DNA of 13,818 nt from NCBI GenBank assembly GCA_030141605.1, contig JAQGDQ010001096.1, forward strand, positions 27,568 to 41,385, written 5' to 3'. Source of the stretch: Tubiluchus corallicola. Taxonomy: Eukaryota; Animalia; Priapulida. The notes under the pieces are model-generated. The model worked only from the letters and a program-made list of their open reading frames with translations, did not search any database and was not told where the DNA came from. Within the stretch, counting starts at the first letter, position 1; the number at the start of each line of letters is the position of its first letter. Shown piece after piece: positions 8,651 to 13,818 of this stretch. Made by a program: the position numbers and the translations under genes.

Positions 8651-9180
8651 AGAAGTAGATGATTTAGATATATTACGACAATGTTCAATTTACTATGGTA
8701 GAGCAAATAAATTACTCATGAAATTTACTCACTGTTTAGTTAACGTGAAGAGACAATTGTTTAATGCTTACTGCACTACTTTTTATTGTATGTCCACTTG
8801 GAGACATTTTTATTCTTACAATCTTAGCAAACTCAAGGTTGTATATAATGTATCAATACGGAAGCTGTTTAACTTTTCATATGATACGAGCGCAAGATAT
8901 ATTTCTACTAGACTTAATCTTATTTGATGTGATTCACAGAAAATGTGCATACAGTTTATACGTCAGGCTGAATAAGAGTGAAAATTTTATATGCAAGAAC
9001 ATTTTAAACAGTGATGCAAACTTTACTTCTGTAATTAGATGTCATTGGCGTAGTTTGTTATATCGTTAATTGTTATTTGTGTTATTGTTATGTGTCTTAA
9101 TTTTTGTATTATTTGCATTAATTTGTGATGTGTATATGAACTTTGTGACGTTTGAAATAAAATATTAAATCAAAATCAAA
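8651..9180 (+). mobile_element. 5'-truncated RTE-X-like LINE 3' end
   Basis: DDLDILRQ..YGRANKL..KF..C...VK..LF..YC...YC...W then RKCAYSLYVRLNKSEN..SD...S....W.SLLY* (ORFs 8619.., 8764..); AATAAA and (AAATC)n-like tail; TCTATAG at 8644-8650 and 9181-9187 as candidate TSD. Clade assigned from recalled consensus. Confidence 0.72.
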
Positions 9181-9199
9181 TCTATAGTTTAAAACCAGG

Positions 9200-9791
9200 A
9201 ACATTATTGTAATTTTACAAAATTCATTAATTTAGCTTAATATTTTTTAATACTTATCACTATATCAATGACAATCCTCTTGAAAATCCGCTTCCACTCC
9301 TCTTGGAGCCAACATTAAATCCAAGAACAAACAATATTAAACAAACACGCACTAATAACAAATACGGCAGCAATTCTATCACTAAACAAGAAGTTCAACT
9401 TTGGAATACCCTACCATCAAATTTAAAACAAATCAAGTCTTTCGACGAATTCAAATCAAAATTTAAAATACATCCATTAAATCGTTTTGAAAACCCTACA
9501 TACGTAAACGATAATATATATTCATCCGCAAATTTTATTTATCCACGTCCATTTTAAATTGTATGAATATATGTATATTTACCCATGTCCATGTATACAT
9601 AGTATGTAGTCTATTATAATTTTCGTATAACATTATAATGTATATTTTGTTAATGTAATGTAAATTTTTGGCACAGTAGTTTTTAGTTTGCACTGGACGC
9701 ATTTGCCTTTAACAGTTATGTGAAATCTATTCTCATGCTGCGATGTTCTTTTATAGTTATGAATATCGATTTTTTGTGGCAGATAAAGACT

Positions 9792-9794
<3 letters not shown>
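9200..9794 (+). mobile_element. CR1/L2-like LINE 3' end (ORF2 C-terminus and 3' UTR)
   Basis: ORF 9303..9557 has RTNNKYGSNSITKQEVQLWNTLPSNLKQIKSFDEFKSKFK, matching the LWNxLP..S...FK..(L)K terminal motif. Boundaries approximate. Confidence 0.75.

Positions 9795-9830
<36 letters not shown>
9795..9830. repeat. (AT)18 microsatellite
   Basis: Directly visible. Confidence 0.98.
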
Positions 9831-9836
<6 letters not shown>

Positions 9837-10140
9837 TGACTTTAATATTGTAAACTTGCAATAAGTGTGGTTTAATAACATTTTTATCAGGAATAATCAA
9901 TTTTCTGTCATCCTTAAATTTCTTGCTTTGATCGAGGTAATTGTTGTGTTTTGTTTCTCTCGGAAGGCTCGTAGAGAAAACCAGAAAACACTTCATCAAA
10001 TTAAATTAGTTTATTATGCGAGAATTCTACAACACAAAAGTATGAAGGAACGCGAAATGTATACAGTAAATGTGAAAATCTGGCAAAGTTATAGCGTATC
10101 TAAGAATACGAGGATTTCAAGAGAATGTGAGAGAATGTGC

Positions 10141-10252
10141 GAATGAACTTCAGCGGCCTGCTTCGAATTATATAATCAGTGCCAGGGAACATTCTAGAAA
10201 GAAATTTCTAGAAAATTCTACAAGGTAAGACGATTATTCTAATGGAACATTC
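10141..10252 (-). promoter_or_regulatory. Heat-shock-element cluster with TATA box and initiator (Pol II promoter architecture)
   Basis: GAAcaTTCtaGAA (10187-10199), GAAatTTCtaGAAaaTTC (10201-10218), GAAcaTTC (10245-10252); minus-strand TATATAA starting at 10174; TCATTC with its A at 10144, 30 nt downstream. Confidence 0.65.
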
Positions 10253-10306
10253 TACAATGTTTTTTTGAAAATCAATTAAACTGCATACACATGAGTAGCA
10301 TGACTG

Positions 10307-10356
10307 CTGCACTGAACACTGAGAGTGACAGTGTCCCTGCACTGAACACTGAGAGT
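10307..10356. repeat. 20-bp direct repeat CTGCACTGAACACTGAGAGT x2 (30-bp spacing)
   Basis: Copies at 10307-10326 and 10337-10356. Confidence 0.9.
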
Positions 10357-10541
10357 TAGAGACTGACTAGAAAGTAAAACCAGTCAATATATGTAGCTAT
10401 AGGTGACTTATGCAGACAGGCTTCACAAAAACCATTACTTTAAAAATAGGGAGAGATCCAGTGAATATGCATTCACTGGACCGTACAATTATACTGGAGT
10501 CAGTAGCTGGTAGAATGTAACAGGATTAATATCTGGAGCTG

Positions 10542-10641
10542 GAGAAATAAGGGAAGTGATCTCTGTCCTGAGAAATAAGGGAAGTGATCTCTGTCCTGAG
10601 AAATAAGATAAGTGATCTCTGTCCTGAGAAATAAGGGAAGT
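10542..10641. repeat. 28-bp tandem repeat, ~3.6 copies (GAGAAATAAGGGAAGTGATCTCTGTCCT)
   Basis: Unit starts at 10542, 10570, 10598, 10626. Confidence 0.95.
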
Positions 10642-10833
10642 AGTAGTTTGCTACTCGCCACAATAGGCTCTTGGTAATACTAGAAACTGCATATTTTATA
10701 ATATACGTTAAAAAACAGTAATTTATTTATTGTAATTTGTACGTACTGTATTTAATTTTTCAAAAACATATTTTAATTTTGTAAATATCAGAATATCTGT
10801 TCTCTTTTGTTGAATTAGACTTGCACCCGTCTA

Positions 10834-12698
10834 TGTGGGTCTAATGTTGGCATTATGTTGTAGAAGTTGAATAAACTGATTTGAAGAATCCAACATTCAT
10901 GCTTTTGTTAATTGTCACTGTGAGACTAATGTTGACATTATGTTGTAGAAGTTGAATAAACTGATTTGAAGAATCCAACATTCACGCTTTTGTTAATTGT
11001 CACTGCGGACCTAATGTTGACATTATGTTGTGGAAGATGAATAAACTGATTTGAAGAATCCAACATTCATGCTTTTGTTAATTGTCACTGTGGTCTAATG
11101 TTGGCATTATGTTGTAGAAGTTGACTAAACTGATTTGAAGAATCCAACATTCATGCTTTTGTTAATTGTCACTGTGGTCTAATGTTGGCATTATGTTGTA
11201 GAAGTTGAATAAACTGATTTGAAGAATCCAACATTCATGCTTTTGTTAATTGTCACTGTGAGACTAATGTTGACATTATGTTGTAGAAGTTGAATAAACT
11301 GATTTGAAGAATCCAACATTCATGCTTTTGTTAATTGTCACTGTGGGTCTAATGTTGACATTATGTTGAAGAAGTTGAATAAACTGATTTGAAGAATCAA
11401 ACATTCATGCTTTTGTTAATTGTCACTGTGATCTAATGTTGGCATTATGTTGTAGAAGTTGACTAAACTGATTTGAAGAATCCAACATTCATGGTTTTGT
11501 TAATTGTCACTGTGAGTCTAATGTTGGCATTATGTTGTAGAAGCTGAATAAACTGATTTGAAGAATCCAACATTCATGCTTTTGTTAACTGTCACTGTGG
11601 TCTAATGTTGGCATTATGTTGTAGAAGTTGACTAAACTGATTTGAAGAATCCAACATTCATGCTTTTGTTAATTGTCATTGTGGGCCTAATGCTGACATT
11701 ATATTGCAGAAGTTGACTAAACTGGTTTGAAGAATCCAACATTCATACTTTTGTTAATTGTCACTGTGGGTCTAATGTTGGCATTATGTTGTAGAAGTTG
11801 ACTAAACTGGTTTGAAGAATCCAACATTCGTGCATTTGTTAATTGTCACTGTGGGCCTAATGTTGGCATTATGTTGTAGAAGTTGAATAAACTGATTTGA
11901 AGAATCCAACATTCATGCTTTTGTTAATTGTCACTGTGGTCTAATGTTGGCATTATGTTGTAGAAGTTGAATAAACTGATTTGAAGAATCCAACATTCAT
12001 GCTTTTGTTAATTGTCACTGTGAGACCAATGTTGACATTATGTTGTAGAAGTTGAATAAACTGATTTGAAGAATCCAAAATTCATGCTTTTGTTAATTGT
12101 CACTGTGGGTCTAATGTTGACATTATGTTGAAGAAGTTGAATAAACTGATTTGAAGAATCAAACATTCATGCTTTTGTTAATTGTCACTGTGATCTAATG
12201 TTGGCATTATGTTGTAGAAGTTGACTAAACTGATTTGAAGAATCCAACATTCATGGTTTTGTTAATTGTCACTGTGAGTCTAATGTTGGCATTATGTTGT
12301 AGAAGCTGAATAAACTGATTTGAAGAATCCAACATTCATGCTTTTGTTAACTGTCACTGTGGTCTAATGTTGGCATTATGTTGTACAAGTTGACTAAACT
12401 GATTTGAAGAATACAACATTCATGCTTTTGTTAATTGTCATTGTGGGCCTAATGTTGACATTATATTGCAGAAGTTGACTAAACTGGTTTGAAGAATCCA
12501 ACATTCATGCTTTTGTTAATTGTCACTTTGGGTCTAATGTTGGCATTATGTTGTAGAAGTTGACTAAACTGGTTTGAAGAATCCAACATTCGTGCTTTTG
12601 TTAATTGTCACTGTGGGCCTAATGTTGGCATTATGTTGTAGAAGCTGAATAAACTGATTTGTAGAATCTAACATTCATGCTTTTGTTAATTGTCACTG
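10834..12698. repeat. Satellite, 22 units of 84-85 bp, with a 9-unit (762-bp) higher-order duplication
   Basis: C(T/C)AATG anchor at 10841, 10926, 11011, 11095, 11179 ... 12619; units 5-13 and 14-22 are offset by 762 and share diagnostic variants. Confidence 0.98.
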
Positions 12699-13537
12699 AG
12701 CCCAGGGCCTACAAGATCAAAATCCTGTAGGCCTTTTAGATCCAGTCCACGCCTGTCATTATTAGAGATAATTTTAGCGTCTAGAAGGCCTCTTACCAAC
12801 AAGCTGAAGTTATAACATCAAAGTGAATAACAATAAAAACGGGAATGTTTTTGCTGAAATTGGCAAGCTTTGATTCTAAATTGCCATTTTGAACTAAGGC
12901 ACTACGGTTCAGCAGTTGATTATATCGGATAAACTGTTATGGTTATTAGGCTTGTCACAGACCGTATCCTTCCGCTACCTCTGCTTCCTAAAAGAGTTTG
13001 GAATGTTCCATGAAGTGTAACAGTTACAAGATCTTCATGAGCATTGTGTGGTGCAAAATACCACTTTGTGTTGGACCTTATTATTATAATAAGGTTGGGT
13101 ATTATTTTCAGACAAATATAAATAAACAGACCCTGGTGGTCATATCCTCCCACTGGCCAGGAAAGATACAAGCTTTTATGATTGTGAAGTTTTATTGTGC
13201 TTTATAGGCATTTATGAGGTGCACGAATGATCATGCCTGCCGTTATATAGTACAATAAGTCTTCCTGATTCAGTGTTCGTCTCGGTCTGTGCTAGAAGGT
13301 TCACGAAGTTATCTCATGTTTTGTGGAAGCGCAAGTTTTTTTGAATAGCTAAAGTAAGTTGTCAGTTGACGTGGTGGTGTTTGCACATAATCTTGAAGCA
13401 CACTAGTTTTGTGATGATATAGGAAATTCATTTTACGAAAGTGTAGTTTAGTTTAATTGAATAACGGATGTTATAATGTGGTTTGAACAGTTTTTAACAA
13501 CTGATGAATGCTCTCGCTAATGTAAAGTAAGATTTAA

Positions 13538-13818
13538 CCCTTATAGGGTCACGGGGGGGGAGGGGTAAAAAATTGCCCCCAGACGGTTTTTTGCATTTTA
13601 CCCTTTTACCATACGCATCCCAGTAAACCTTTTCTATGACTTCTTCTAAATATGTTTTGTGCACAAAATACTTTCAGTTATTTATTTTAGGCGCATTGTC
13701 TCACCAGGAAATAAAAGTGAAAATGCAATATGTCGATTTTTTAAAATTGTCATATCTTTATAACAAAATGTCAGATACTCAAATTACTCCACCTAAAAGA
13801 AGAAAGTAGTAGACAATA
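13538..13818. mobile_element. Possible terminus of a TTAA-targeting (piggyBac-like) DNA transposon running off the window
   Basis: TTAA (13534-13537) directly followed by CCCTT and a G-run/C-run subterminal region; no partner TIR or transposase in the window. Confidence 0.45.

Larger units (their letters stand above)
9942..10717 (-). mobile_element. Candidate solo LTR
   Basis: TGTT...AACA termini, GTAAT at 9937-9941 and 10718-10722; minus-strand order is short repeats, HSEs, TATA, Inr, AATAAA (10015-10010), terminal CACAACA. The right boundary rests only on the 5-bp match. Confidence 0.42.

Noticed and set aside
10834-12698. CRISPR array or coding repeat
   Set aside because: The variable part is only 2-3 nt, unit lengths mix 84 and 85, and there are no long ORFs.
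12700-13500. Short ORFs 12920..13171 and 12998..13207, possibly a decayed element
   Set aside because: No motif could be recognised with confidence.

Overview
AT-rich, repeat-dense DNA that looks like an invertebrate animal genome; no intact protein-coding gene, rRNA, tRNA or CRISPR array is visible. The main result is a scrambled ankyrin-repeat plus cGAS-like receptor (cGLR, Mab21-type nucleotidyltransferase) pseudogene at about 1287-3390. Its middle (1766-3045) is inverted between 8-bp inverted repeats. Flipping that segment back joins the GS-x11-EYD motif in frame to a candidate third catalytic Asp strand and restores ankyrin register at the other junction. One ankyrin segment is tandemly amplified (6 x 115-116 bp), the gene is cut off by a decayed RTE LINE, and the block is tandemly duplicated (offset about 2735). 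The RTE carries a 26 x 31-bp minisatellite grown from its own RT sequence, a retroposon 3' end inserted directly after YADD, and a (GAAAA)n expansion at its C-terminus. The right half holds a Tigger-like MITE, RTE-X-like and CR1/L2-like 3' ends, a minus-strand HSE-TATA-Inr promoter in a candidate solo LTR, a 22-unit 84/85-bp satellite with a 9-mer higher-order duplication, and a piggyBac-like end. All family calls come from motif recognition by eye; no searches were run.
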